Below are positions 7,953-18,278 of a stretch of 26,930 nt of DNA, piece by piece. The translations under genes were made by a program, and so were the position numbers. The stretch's first letter is position 1. Each line of letters begins with the position of its first letter. This DNA is from Candidatus Hodarchaeota archaeon (GTDB taxonomy: Archaea; Asgardarchaeota; Heimdallarchaeia; Hodarchaeales; Hodarchaeaceae): contig JAHQWW010000042.1 in NCBI GenBank assembly GCA_029856365.1, positions 1-26,930 of the forward strand. Direction: 5' to 3'. The notes beneath the pieces are model-generated. The model saw only the letters and a list, made by a program, of their open reading frames with translations, searched no databases and was not told the DNA's origin.

Positions 7953-7988
7953 TAACTTTGTATGAAGGAAGTACTTTTCACAAAGTTA
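7953..7988. promoter_or_regulatory. Operator-like inverted repeat upstream of the membrane protein-wHTH-ABC operon
   Basis: TAACTTTGT(7953-7961)...ACAAAGTTA(7980-7988). It can be read as tandem ACTTT-N4-(A/G)AAG(T/G) sites at 7955 and 7973. Confidence 0.55.
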
Positions 7989-8062
7989 GGTAATAGACAA
8001 ATTAAATTCGTTTAACTTGGACTATTAACATTATAATGGGGTTAATAAAAGAACAACATGCA

Positions 8063-9256
8063 TCAAAGTATTTTTCGAAGACCAAAATAACTGACAAGAA
8101 AACAAAGGACAATAGTTATAATAGATGCTATGAATAATTTAATGAATGGCAATAATTCTATAGTTGCTGCCAGTAGGGACACAAACACTAACACTGGAGC
8201 ATGAATGAGATACATATCGTACGCACTGACGGATAATCTCTTTGCTAGATTCCCTTGTGTATTGAATTTATAATGGAATATTGGTATCAATACGAAAATC
8301 ATCCCCATACAAATAATGTTGTCTATTGTTGCGTATATAAGTGCGGGTAATGTGAAACTCCCTGCCAACACCTCAAAGTCTGATTCAATCCCAAAAATAA
8401 AGAGAATATAGAATATAAAAAAGATAGCTGAAGCTAATATAATAATAATCCATATCTTTATTTGAAAGTTGTCTATTTTTTGGAACCAATCATGTCGATA
8501 TGTTATAACACCAACTATAAACATCATAGTGTACTGAACCGAGAATGCAAGAGGGATACCTAGTTTAACAACACCAACGGGAAAGAAGAGTCGAATGATA
8601 AACGTGAGGAATCCTAATACCAAGCTAAGAAGAAATAATTGTGAAATTGGAGGGATGGAGTGCTCACGGCTAACGATCTTTTTCAGTACTTATTGTTTTG
8701 AAACCTGACGCCAGAGTGTGTACCCAAGAGTAAAAAGTAATAACACTGTAAGAAACCACATAGATCCCGTCGATGAAAGGAACTCAATTATTCCATAAAA
8801 CGATTGAAATCTACTAGGATAGAAATCGAGAAAAGACCCTTGAAGCACAGAGTAGGTACTCCATTCTTTAATCCCTAAGATTGCCAAAGTATAAACTATA
8901 AGAGGATCAATCAAGACAATATAGAGTACTAATGGAGTACCCAGACGAATCAAACGACTTTTCCAGTAAGTTTGTGCTCCTTTCCTGTCGTAGCTTCCTG
9001 GTGTAAAGTAACCACCTAGTAGAAAAAATAGTCCCATTAGTGAGGCTTGGAAAAAGGCCCCAATAATGGTTAATACCATAAAAAAGAGTGAATTTAATTC
9101 GTTTGTTGGATTGTTTTCGTTCAATGCTGCAATATAATAACACCAGCCAACTACTCCATAAGTCACTGCAGCATGATAAAAAATCACGAGAAGGACAAAT
9201 AACACTTTTAAATTATCTAGAGAGAAGAGTCGTGTTGTCTTTGTTGTTATACCCAT
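8063..9256 (-). pseudogene. Acyltransferase-3 family (OpgC/MdoC-like) membrane acyltransferase with one in-frame TAA
   Basis: RLFSLDNLKVL...LVIFYHA, MGLFFLLGGYF, RLIRLG.P, MWFL, SAYDMYLIH. The two ORFs are in the same frame, separated by TAA 8690-8692 and 22 sense codons. Confidence 0.8.
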
Positions 9257-9486
9257 GGGGATGCTTCCTTTTAGTTATTCATATGTATGATTTATTGAAT
9301 AAAATTCTTTTCCCCTTTCACTATTAATGAGTCTAAATTCTCATCCAGATTTACTCTATCTATTTGAAGCCTCGATATATTCTCAAAACAATTACAATCT
9401 CAAAGGATTCTTGAATTACTTGGTAAATGATCTTCTTTTGATTCGAAGAGTTACTAAATGAGTTTTTTCAAGGTTGGCCTTCTCTT

Positions 9487-9546
9487 TGTAAAAAAATCTT
9501 GAGGGGTTGTAAAATTCTCTTTACCAACTGTAAAAAGGTTTTTACA
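9487..9546. promoter_or_regulatory. Triple 18-bp operator array with 21-bp period
   Basis: TGTAAAA at 9487, 9508 and 9529; the third copy is the inverted repeat TGTAAAAA-GG-TTTTTACA. Confidence 0.65.
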
Positions 9547-9655
9547 AACAACAGAGAATAGAGATCGGTTGTTAATACCCATAAAATTTTAAAGATTGAT
9601 CTCACGAAAATTACATGGGAAATATCCCGATAAAATGGAAAAAGTGGTGTGTAGC

Positions 9656-9913
9656 ATGGTGAATATACTTCAAGATTTTGGTGAACTAGTTTGGATTCTA
9701 TTACCTCTTATGGTTACTCAGATAGTATTGATAATTGTTGGCCTTTGGGAGTGGAACAGAAAAAAAGAGATTTTGGGCCAAAATAAGATAATCTGGTTAG
9801 TAATAATAATTTTCATTAATTTCTTCGGGCCAATTATCTTTCTTATTTATAGTCAAAAAATCAGCGTTTCTGTAACTACAGTTGGACCCGAAATTGATGA
9901 TTGGGAGGTATAA
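9656..9913 (+). CDS. PLDc_N (phospholipase D-nuclease N-terminal) small membrane protein
   Basis: LLPLMVTQIVLIIVGLWE...NKIIWLVIIIFINFFGPIIFL; typical leader gene of ABC exporter operons. ATG 9656 is preferred. Confidence 0.8.
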   Translation: MVNILQDFGELVWILLPLMVTQIVLIIVGLWEWNRKKEILGQNKIIWLVIIIFINFFGPIIFLIYSQKISVSVTTVGPEIDDWEV

Positions 9914-9916
9914 TAT

Positions 9917-10852
9917 GTGGAAAATATAATTAAGATAAGGAATTTGAGTAAGAACTATGGTACTGTAAAAGCTTTAGATAATGTGACTTTATCTGTTCCC
10001 AAAGGATCAATTTTCGGTTATTTAGGGCCTAATGGCGCTGGGAAAACAACCACATTGAAGATATTAATGGGGTTACTTCAATACTCTAATGGATCTGTGG
10101 AAATATTTGAGAATGAAGTGAAAAAAAATCCAGTAGCTGTGAATAGAAGGATCGGATTTCTCCCTGATGCCGAAATGCCACGTAATGATTCCATTTATCG
10201 GTTTCTAAACTTAACAGGTAAATTACATAAAATTAAGAACAAGGAGGAACGAATTTCAGAGGTTCTAGTTCAAATTGGTTTGAAAAAGCTTTCTAACCGA
10301 AAAATAGGGACGCTATCAAAGGGACAAAAGCAGCGTGTGGGTATTGCTAATGCCTTAATGGTCGACCCGCAGCTTCTGATATTAGACGAACCCAATAATG
10401 GTCTTGATCCGATCGCACGGGTTCGAGTTCTCACTCTGTTAAAAGATTTAGTCAAGAATGGCAAGACTGTTCTCCTGTCTTCCCATATTATTGGTGAAGT
10501 GGATAAAATCGCGACAGATATTGCAATTATCCATCGTGGAAGAATAGTCGAGCAGGGAAAAAGGAAAAATTTAGTTAAACGTTATCTAAATCATGGTAAA
10601 TATGTCATCGCGGGAAAATTAGATATAGATCAAGTTATGAGATCGTTAGAGTACATCACTTCATGTCAGCAAGACCATCTTGAGAGATATATAATATCAA
10701 CTACTGGAAATGTTACTGAAGAACAGCTTCTCATTGATTTGATCCAAAAAGCAAACTCAAAGATTCAATACTTTTCCTCTGCAGAAATATCTTTAGAAGA
10801 TCTATTTATTGAAACGATCAATGGCCAATTAAAGGAAGGTGACTATGCATGA
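9917..10852 (+). CDS. ABC transporter ATP-binding protein
   Basis: GPNGAGKTT, LSKGQKQR, LLILDEP, SSH. Confidence 0.95.
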   Translation: MENIIKIRNLSKNYGTVKALDNVTLSVPKGSIFGYLGPNGAGKTTTLKILMGLLQYSNGSVEIFENEVKKNPVAVNRRIGFLPDAEMPRNDSIYRFLNLTGKLHKIKNKEERISEVLVQIGLKKLSNRKIGTLSKGQKQRVGIANALMVDPQLLILDEPNNGLDPIARVRVLTLLKDLVKNGKTVLLSSHIIGEVDKIATDIAIIHRGRIVEQGKRKNLVKRYLNHGKYVIAGKLDIDQVMRSLEYITSCQQDHLERYIISTTGNVTEEQLLIDLIQKANSKIQYFSSAEISLEDLFIETINGQLKEGDYA

Positions 10853-11607
10853 ACATTCCAATCTTTTTAGCCCAATTTAAACATGATTTATGGAATGAAA
10901 AATTAAAATTCCTAATATTGTTTCTGTTGTTTACTTTTCAAGTCTTAGCAAGTATTATCTCAATATTTTATTTAGAGGAATTGCTTACCTTATTTAGTCT
11001 GGATTTCATTAATCCAACCCCCCCATCAGGTGCAGCTGCTTTTCTTGATTATTTTGCAGATCAATTCTTTTTTGGTATTCTGATAATTTCTCTTGGAACA
11101 ATGAATGTATTCGCAAGCGAAATTGAAAATGGATCGATTTGTTTTTCACTCACTCGTCCGATTAGTCGAAGTGAATATACTATCTCAAGACTTACTGCTC
11201 GATTAATAGGACTTATTCTACCTTTTCTTCTCGCAACATTTGTAGGATGGGTATATATGGGATTATTTTTCGAATTATTTCCGATAACCACCTTATTATT
11301 TGCCATAATTCCCTTAGTTTTGTTATTCATATACGTTGGCGTAGTAACAAGCGTTTTAAGTTCTCGGACATCATCTTTAACAGCAGGTTTAGCTACAATT
11401 GCGATTATCATTGTGCAATTTACAATATCAGCATTCAAACCAATTGAATTACTCTCTCCATTCACGCTTGCCTCGTTTTGGAGTGAAATACTATCATCAT
11501 CTGTATCTTTTGACTTGGATCATTTTCTGAAACTAGTTTGCTTGATTGTCTGGTCTACAGTTCCCTTTATTCTCACGATAAATTCAATGAAAACTAGAGA
11601 TCTTTAA
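10849..11607 (+). CDS. ABC-2 type permease
   Basis: 6 TM segments; ASEIENGS...LTRPISR motif; ATGA overlap with the ATPase. Confidence 0.9.
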   Translation: MNIPIFLAQFKHDLWNEKLKFLILFLLFTFQVLASIISIFYLEELLTLFSLDFINPTPPSGAAAFLDYFADQFFFGILIISLGTMNVFASEIENGSICFSLTRPISRSEYTISRLTARLIGLILPFLLATFVGWVYMGLFFELFPITTLLFAIIPLVLLFIYVGVVTSVLSSRTSSLTAGLATIAIIIVQFTISAFKPIELLSPFTLASFWSEILSSSVSFDLDHFLKLVCLIVWSTVPFILTINSMKTRDL

Positions 11608-11654
11608 ATAATCATTAAATGCTTTAAATTCCATAAAAAGCTTAATTGGAAGCT

Positions 11655-12410
11655 CTAACGAATGTTAGAACTTCCCCCTTTTTTCCTACCCAGTGTGATT
11701 GGAAGTTCTCTTCCCAAGGACATATAGAGATACATGATGGACAACATAAGACTGATCAAAAGAAGTATCAATCCTAATAAAAGGTTTAAGGGAGAAATAT
11801 CAATGAAAAGTGCACCAGGAGTCAATAAGATTAAACCAAAAATATTACTTGCGATAATTGAAGCAAGTATTTCGCGGTTCTTCGGAACAAAAAAGATCCA
11901 GATGAAATTATTAATTAGAAGAATGGTCCAAGGAGTCTTTGTTCGAAAAATTATCAAAATTATTGAACAGATGGCTATTAAGATACATATTATTCCCAAA
12001 GGAAAAAAAAGTGATTGCAGAAAAAAGAACCCTAAAACAAAAAAAAAGGTCCACCAAGCACCAAGGAGGATTTCAGTAGGATTCAATCTCGAAAAGCCTA
12101 GGTAGATGTCTGAAAAGATTGAGGATTTTGATTCTGTTGCTAGATCAAGCAAGAGGGCTGATCTCCTTCCTAGTAGTGTGAGTAGGTATTTCCCCTCAAG
12201 ATCTTTCTCAATTAAATGTGCTTTAGCTAATAATGAAAGATGATAAGCGACATTAGATGAGGCTGGGAGGTTTAATCTTTCAAGAAAGTCAGAATAAGGA
12301 GTGGCTTGTTTTTTATGCAATATTCGGATGATTTCTCGACGAATTTCATGGTTCAACGCTTTGAGAACTTCAGTAATGTCGCTCTCTGATTCCGATACCA
12401 TTGGTCTCAT
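11655..12410 (-). CDS. ArsR-like wHTH fused to a multi-pass membrane domain
   Basis: LKALNHEIRREIIRIL...SSNVAYHLSLL...Y.LT..G followed by ~5 TM helices. Confidence 0.8.
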   Translation of the reverse strand: MRPMVSESESDITEVLKALNHEIRREIIRILHKKQATPYSDFLERLNLPASSNVAYHLSLLAKAHLIEKDLEGKYLLTLLGRRSALLLDLATESKSSIFSDIYLGFSRLNPTEILLGAWWTFFFVLGFFFLQSLFFPLGIICILIAICSIILIIFRTKTPWTILLINNFIWIFFVPKNREILASIIASNIFGLILLTPGALFIDISPLNLLLGLILLLISLMLSIMYLYMSLGRELPITLGRKKGGSSNIR

Positions 12411-12503
12411 CCCAATGTGTTTTTAGTCAATTTAATCATTATTATTTTCAAGTATTCTCTTTTCAAGCTCATAGACATATTCATTGAATGACTTGATTTT
12501 CTA

Positions 12504-12980
12504 TTACAATCCTAAACCTTCTTCTGGTAACCACTCAGGCCAACCAACTATCCATTCAGGTATATGGGGTTCTTTTACACGATCACACACAGGGAAATAA
12601 GCTTTCAAATCAATGACGGGAGTCTCATCAAGTGCATCAATATTCTGAATTCTAACTCGACCGTCCTTATGGTGTATCTCCAATATTTTTACAGTTGTAA
12701 GTGCTATAGGATTAGGTCGATATTCAGCTCTAGTAGCAAACACTCCTGTATTCGGGGGATTTTCTCCGTAGGGTGGTATGCAATCTAATCTCTCGCGGGA
12801 TTTTTCATTGTCGACTTTATCAGCCCACCAAAGCACCTGTACATGGCTAAAATGTTCCAGTTGCTTAAGAGCAGGGATAAATTTCTCTAAAATTTCAATA
12901 TAAACTTCATTGTTTATTCTTTTAATATAACCAATAGGAAAAATAGTGAATGATGGATCGTCCATAGTTTTTTTCTCCAT
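12504..12980 (-). CDS. TrmO/TsaA (YaeB/AF0241)-family SAM-binding protein, single-domain form
   Basis: PIGYI, FSHVQVLWWAD, GVFATRAEYRPNPIALT, IDALDETPVIDLKAY. Confidence 0.88.
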   Translation of the reverse strand: MEKKTMDDPSFTIFPIGYIKRINNEVYIEILEKFIPALKQLEHFSHVQVLWWADKVDNEKSRERLDCIPPYGENPPNTGVFATRAEYRPNPIALTTVKILEIHHKDGRVRIQNIDALDETPVIDLKAYFPVCDRVKEPHIPEWIVGWPEWLPEEGLGL

Positions 12981-13182
12981 TATATTGCAGTTCGGCTTTC
13001 AATCTGAATAGAATATTTTATTATTCACAAGATTCAAAAAAGTATTGAAAAAGGTAAAATGAAAATAAATAAAAATCTATTAGTATACATTATTTTCCAT
13101 AATTGCTTAAGACAAATTTTGTTAAAAAGACCATTTCTCAGTCCTTTTCTATATGCATGGTATTCTTCGCAGGCGAACCATC

Positions 13183-13530
13183 ATGCAAATAATTGAAAGA
13201 TATTCTTTTGGAACTATTCAAATTAACAAAAAATCTTTCTCCAATGATGTAATAATCTTTCCCGAAGAAGTACTACCGAATTGGTGGAGAAAAGAAGGCC
13301 ATATTCTACACATGGAGGATTTACAAGAGATTATTAAAAGGAAACCAGAAATCCTAATTGTTGGCACTGGATACAATGGAGCAATGAAGGTTCCAAAGAA
13401 TCTTACCACCCATCTAGAGAAACTAGGGATTACAATAATAGCAAAGAACAGTAAAGAGGCTGTAAATGAGTATAATACATTTGTGAAAAGAAAAGAAAAT
13501 GTAGCTGCTGCACTGCACTTAACATGCTAA
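13183..13530 (+). CDS. Mth938-like (DUF498/AAMDC) protein
   Basis: IERYSFGTIQIN...DVII, WWRKEGH, PEILIVGTGYNG, AVNEYN, AALHLTC. ATG 13183 is preferred. Confidence 0.9.
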   Translation: MQIIERYSFGTIQINKKSFSNDVIIFPEEVLPNWWRKEGHILHMEDLQEIIKRKPEILIVGTGYNGAMKVPKNLTTHLEKLGITIIAKNSKEAVNEYNTFVKRKENVAAALHLTC

Positions 13531-13854
13531 TAATTTCCACTTCTTAACAAAAAAAGGCATCAGGATAAGAAAACATTTTCTTCTCGAAGCCCACTTTGAA
13601 CATTAAAGCCGTTGAAGTGGAATTATCATGAGTTAAGTTAAAATTTAGTAATGAGGAACTTAAAGAAGACTTCAAACTAGGAAATACTTGAATTAGGTCT
13701 TTACAGGGAAAACCAATTTCGATTGTAGATAGGAGAATCATTCTTATAACAAAAAATAATTCCTCATTAAGGGAGATGATACTAGGCAAAGATTATTGTA
13801 AATCATTAATAATTTATTTTTACTACCAATAATGTTTTTTCCTTAGGGAATGCT

Positions 13855-15177
13855 TTGACCGATAACACAATAGGAGTCTCTTTAGAATACCTCTCCGAAG
13901 AGGAAACAATTTCAAAGAATAGAAAATCAATCATTTACAGTATAGCAATTGGTAAAGATATTGGCAATTCAATAGGAGCATTGTACGCGCAGATATATGC
14001 GGTTTTCATTAATGCGACCCCGTTCTTATTATCATTAATTATGAGTATGCGAAATCTAATACAATTAGCAGTTCAATCTCCTTTTGGACGCTTGAGTGAT
14101 AAATTTGGAAGAAAACCTTTTCTAGTTATAGGATTGTTTATTTCTGCACTTATGAGTTTTATTTATCCTCTCATAACAGATCCCTTGGTGTTTCTTGGTG
14201 CAATGATAATATATTCCCTGGCATTTAGTATATTCACTCCCTCGTGGATCGCAGTTCTTGGGGATTCCTCCAAAGAAGGCATGAGGGGATCATATATTGG
14301 AAAAATAACTACTATTAGTGTAATATTTACAATGGGTACATTACTAATAACTGGGTGGGTAGTTCCTTTACTTAATGTAGATTATGCCCAACAATATAGC
14401 GTTATTTTTCGTATAGGAGCCTTGGGTTTTTTTCTTGCAGGAATTATTACTCTTTTCATGACTGAAACCGTACCTAAATCAATCTTAAATGACACTGTTC
14501 CCAACCAACCTAATCAATCTAAAAGAGAATTCAGCCTGCAAAATACTTTAAAACCGTTAATGGAAAATCCTACGTTTAAACGTTTCGTTCTTGTAAGTGC
14601 CCTTATGGATTTTAGCATGTCTTTGGGGTGGCCGATCTTTGGTTTCATAAGAGAGAGATATGCGTCTCCTACAGAATATTCTCTCATGTGGGCAGCATTC
14701 ATGGCTTGTCAGGTATGTTCACTGGTAATTGGTGGATATGTTATTGACAGATATGGTAAGCGTTGGGGTTTTTGGGGGAGAGGAGTGATGTGTTTAATCC
14801 CTTTGGTTCTCTTTTTTGCTAGAAACTGGATTGAATTAACCTTAGCAAATATTATTGGAGGTATTGGATATGGTTTATACTTTATAACTACTAACGCATA
14901 TATAATAGACTCTGCACCAGAAGAATCCAAAGGTAATTATGTGGGTGCTTATCAATTAATCATGGGAATGGTAACCTTTGTTGGTTCCATCTCTATGGGG
15001 ATTGTTACCGAATTATTAATGGGATTTATTGGTAAGTGGGAAGCCATTTATACTATGGTCTTAGTGGTTATACTAATGCGTTTTATTGGTGGGATGGGTT
15101 TCTTTTTTGTCGAAGAACCTAGGAAACCCAGTTTATCCAATAATTATGATTTTACTTTCCAAAACGAGATTACTTAA
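13855..15177 (+). CDS. MFS transporter
   Basis: Motif A GRLSDKFGRK and second copy GYVIDRYGKR; 12 TM segments. Confidence 0.92.
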   Translation: MTDNTIGVSLEYLSEEETISKNRKSIIYSIAIGKDIGNSIGALYAQIYAVFINATPFLLSLIMSMRNLIQLAVQSPFGRLSDKFGRKPFLVIGLFISALMSFIYPLITDPLVFLGAMIIYSLAFSIFTPSWIAVLGDSSKEGMRGSYIGKITTISVIFTMGTLLITGWVVPLLNVDYAQQYSVIFRIGALGFFLAGIITLFMTETVPKSILNDTVPNQPNQSKREFSLQNTLKPLMENPTFKRFVLVSALMDFSMSLGWPIFGFIRERYASPTEYSLMWAAFMACQVCSLVIGGYVIDRYGKRWGFWGRGVMCLIPLVLFFARNWIELTLANIIGGIGYGLYFITTNAYIIDSAPEESKGNYVGAYQLIMGMVTFVGSISMGIVTELLMGFIGKWEAIYTMVLVVILMRFIGGMGFFFVEEPRKPSLSNNYDFTFQNEIT

Positions 15178-15231
15178 GGTGTTTGTAAAGCATTCGATGA
15201 TTTCATCAAATGATATTTGGGTAGATCCCTT

Positions 15232-16260
15232 TCACAACAATTTAGTTGCTTGAATGAATACTATCCCGTCTTCATGTATTTGTGTTTGGACTTTTTGAAA
15301 TCCTACTTGAATAAGAAGGCTTTTAACTTCATCAATAGAAGAAAATTTAAAGTTAGGGACTTCCAAAGATGATAAAAAGGCATTTAAGAACCAAAAAAGT
15401 GAAGGATTGCTCTCTGTATGTGTTATCCAAGCCCCCTGTTCATTTGTATTGGAGATAATAACTAAACGTCCTCCTTCATTCAAAGAACTCCATAATTTTC
15501 GAAAAAGTTCCTTTTGATATATCCCTACATCGCATTCGAGAATCAAATCAAAACCACTTGGGAGATCATCCTGCATAAAATTAGCTGCATGATAGGAGAT
15601 ACGTGTTGCCATCGGAGTTTCATTGGCGATCTCCCTGCCAACACGACAAATATTTTCAATATCTACTACTACAGCATTCAGATTAGCATAACGTTTTAGA
15701 AATGCCAAGGAGACAACACCTGAACCACCACCAAGATCCATTAACCTTGATACGTTCGTTATATCCAAGATTTCGGCTAGTTTATCAGCTAAAGGCTTGT
15801 GAAGTTCATAAAGCATGCGTGTGAAGCGTTCTGCACGCTTTGGATTCTCTTTCATCTTAATAATGTAATTTGGAAGATTCAATCCTTGAGCTTCCCACAC
15901 CGATTTGGGATGAGAAATTGTTAATGGTAAATTATTGATTACTGGATAAGTTTCTCGTGTTTCCTGAGCGATGAATGACCAAGTTTCTGGAGAATAAGCT
16001 TCCAGAATGGCATTATTTGTGATAGAGGATGGGATATATCTTCCACCTTCCTGTTTTAGTAATCCTAATTCAGTCAGTAACAATAACCAGTATTGGCATC
16101 GGTTGTAAGGAATATTGAAATTTTGAGATATTTCTTTCACTTTTAATGGTTTTTTTGCCAGCTGCCAGAATAAACCCAGCTCTAGAGCTGTAGCAATAGC
16201 AGCTGACGCATAACACATCCTCAGGAGATTTTCTACATCCTGAGTGGTTTTAGGTTGCAT
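15232..16260 (-). CDS. O-methyltransferase (Methyltransf_2 with N-terminal dimerisation domain)
   Basis: TALELGLFWQL dimerisation wHTH; LMDLGGGSG; ANFMQDDLPSGFD. Confidence 0.88.
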   Translation of the reverse strand: MQPKTTQDVENLLRMCYASAAIATALELGLFWQLAKKPLKVKEISQNFNIPYNRCQYWLLLLTELGLLKQEGGRYIPSSITNNAILEAYSPETWSFIAQETRETYPVINNLPLTISHPKSVWEAQGLNLPNYIIKMKENPKRAERFTRMLYELHKPLADKLAEILDITNVSRLMDLGGGSGVVSLAFLKRYANLNAVVVDIENICRVGREIANETPMATRISYHAANFMQDDLPSGFDLILECDVGIYQKELFRKLWSSLNEGGRLVIISNTNEQGAWITHTESNPSLFWFLNAFLSSLEVPNFKFSSIDEVKSLLIQVGFQKVQTQIHEDGIVFIQATKLL

Positions 16261-16529
16261 TTATAACACCAAATCCTTTAGAGAAGGAATTTTTCCTATT
16301 ATTTAAAATAATTAAACAATAAAACTGTTATATTAATCTAGACCAATTTCTATGAATTTAGATATCAAATTTACTGTGGTTCTCTCAACATTTCCCAAAA
16401 ATGAAACTCAACTTTTGGAGCAAGGATCAGTTATTCCAATTAAAAATACTACTATATAATCTATAAACACGTTCTCGTTACAAAGCAAATTTTTAAGCGT
16501 CACTCCCTAAATGTTGTTGGGAATTAACC

Positions 16530-17690
16530 ATGACAAAAGACCTTCTCTCAATGCTTGATAACGATTACACTCAAAGAGTTCTAGCTGAAATGATTCGTAT
16601 TAATTCTATAGTGGGCCAAGAGAGTGAAATGGCTGAATATCTAAAGAATGAACTAATTAACCTCGGTTTGAAGTGTGAAATGGTTGAGGTGGAATCTGGT
16701 AGACCTAATATTTATGCCCGATTAAAGGCTGATAAGCCAGGTAAAAGACTAAACTTTAACGGCCATACCGATACGGTTCCAGTTGTAGATGGATGGGAGA
16801 CTGATCCTTTCATCCCTGTGATCAAGGAAGGTAAATTATTCGGTCTAGGTGCCTGTGATATGAAAGCGGGTATAGCTTGTATTCTTAATATGATACGAGC
16901 ATTTGTAGAATCTGGTCACCCCTTTAACGGAGAATTATCCTTTTCAGGAGTGATTGATGAGGAAGCGTACGGGAAAGGAGCTAAGGCGATGCTGCAAACG
17001 GATTTTGTAAATGTTAATGCCATCGTTCTAGCAGAACCTTATCCTGGAGATGAGGTAAAACCAATTCCTCTTGGGATCACTGGCAAAATTCTATATGATC
17101 TCTCTGTGAAGGGAAAAGCAGCTCACGGTTTTCGCCCTCATCTAGGGATTAATGCCATCGAGGAGCTGGGGAAGATCTTAGTAAACCTAAACAAACTTAA
17201 TTTTAAAGAACACTCTAATTTTGGAAGAGGGAACTATTGTACTTTAAAGATTGAAGGTGGATATGAGATCTATTCTGTAGTAGTCCCTGCTCACGCTCGC
17301 ATGGAAATTAACAGACTACTTGTTCCAGGGGAGACTGTTCAAACCGCAATAGAAGATATGAAAAGATTAGTCGAGGATCTCAACCTTACAGCCGAAGTAA
17401 AAGTTAAAACAAAGCCTCCCCAGTATGAATCATATATCATAGATAAAAATGAACCTATTATTCAGATATTTGATGTGATCTATAAGGAAATCATGGGAAA
17501 AGCACCTCATTATGATTATACTTCAGGTATAACTGATGCAAACATTTTCGCAGGAGAAGCGGGGATCCCTTGTCTGCACTTAGGCCCAAATCAAGAAGTA
17601 GCTCATCAAAAAAATGAATATGTAAATTTAGATTGGTTGGAACCTTTATCACAAATGTATACTCTTATCGCAGCTAGATTCCTTAGATAG
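16530..17690 (+). CDS. M20 family metallopeptidase/deacylase (ArgE/DapE-like)
   Basis: FNGHTDTVP, GLGACDMKAG, DEEAYG, AEP, GKAAHG, TDAN, AHQKNE. Confidence 0.92.
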   Translation: MTKDLLSMLDNDYTQRVLAEMIRINSIVGQESEMAEYLKNELINLGLKCEMVEVESGRPNIYARLKADKPGKRLNFNGHTDTVPVVDGWETDPFIPVIKEGKLFGLGACDMKAGIACILNMIRAFVESGHPFNGELSFSGVIDEEAYGKGAKAMLQTDFVNVNAIVLAEPYPGDEVKPIPLGITGKILYDLSVKGKAAHGFRPHLGINAIEELGKILVNLNKLNFKEHSNFGRGNYCTLKIEGGYEIYSVVVPAHARMEINRLLVPGETVQTAIEDMKRLVEDLNLTAEVKVKTKPPQYESYIIDKNEPIIQIFDVIYKEIMGKAPHYDYTSGITDANIFAGEAGIPCLHLGPNQEVAHQKNEYVNLDWLEPLSQMYTLIAARFLR

Positions 17691-17801
17691 GAATATCAGT
17701 ATTCATGATAAACAACGAATCACTCCTAGATCATCTTACCGTACTACTCAGAATGGGATGATCTGGGTAGCTCTGGATTACTAATTCCCCTCTTAGGATG
17801 A

Positions 17802-18278
17802 TCATAAATACTCTCTTTTACTGGTCCCTGATTGTAAATAGTACCAACGATCCATTTCATCAAGCCAGACATAGATATCACTAGGTTGTTCTTCCCATCC
17901 AAATTGTGAATAATGAGAATAGTGTTTTCTTAGGAGGTTAGCCCGATGAGAAGCATGATATTGAGGAAATCCAAGCCAATGTGGGTATGTTATTTGTTTC
18001 TCTTCGAGGTTGAATAGGTGCATATTGTTGTTATATCCTCGTTCTATCCATTCAAGGATACTCATGTTATGATATAATTTTAAGGCTGGAACATAATTTC
18101 TCCACATATGCACACATGGATGATTCCTCCATCCCTTATACGGTTTACCATCTTTATGAGATTTTCCTTCTATCGTTTTTATAATTGTTAAAGCTTCAGC
18201 TCGTTGTTTTCCAAGTCGTTTCCAATCTAGTACTTGGAATGATTTCTTGAAATCAGAGAAAGGTAGAAAAGTCTGCAT
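17802..18278 (-). CDS. MSMEG_6728-family / pyrimidine-dimer DNA glycosylase-like protein
   Basis: MQTFLP...LDWKRLGKQRAE, GWRNHP...MW, EWIERG, P.WLG...HASHRANLLRK. Start ATG 18278. Confidence 0.82.
   Translation of the reverse strand: MQTFLPFSDFKKSFQVLDWKRLGKQRAEALTIIKTIEGKSHKDGKPYKGWRNHPCVHMWRNYVPALKLYHNMSILEWIERGYNNNMHLFNLEEKQITYPHWLGFPQYHASHRANLLRKHYSHYSQFGWEEQPSDIYVWLDEMDRWYYLQSGTSKREYL

Noticed and set aside
13544-13789. 81-aa minus-strand ORF between the Mth938-like and MFS genes
   Set aside because: No recognisable domain and a weak TTG start; cannot support or exclude it.
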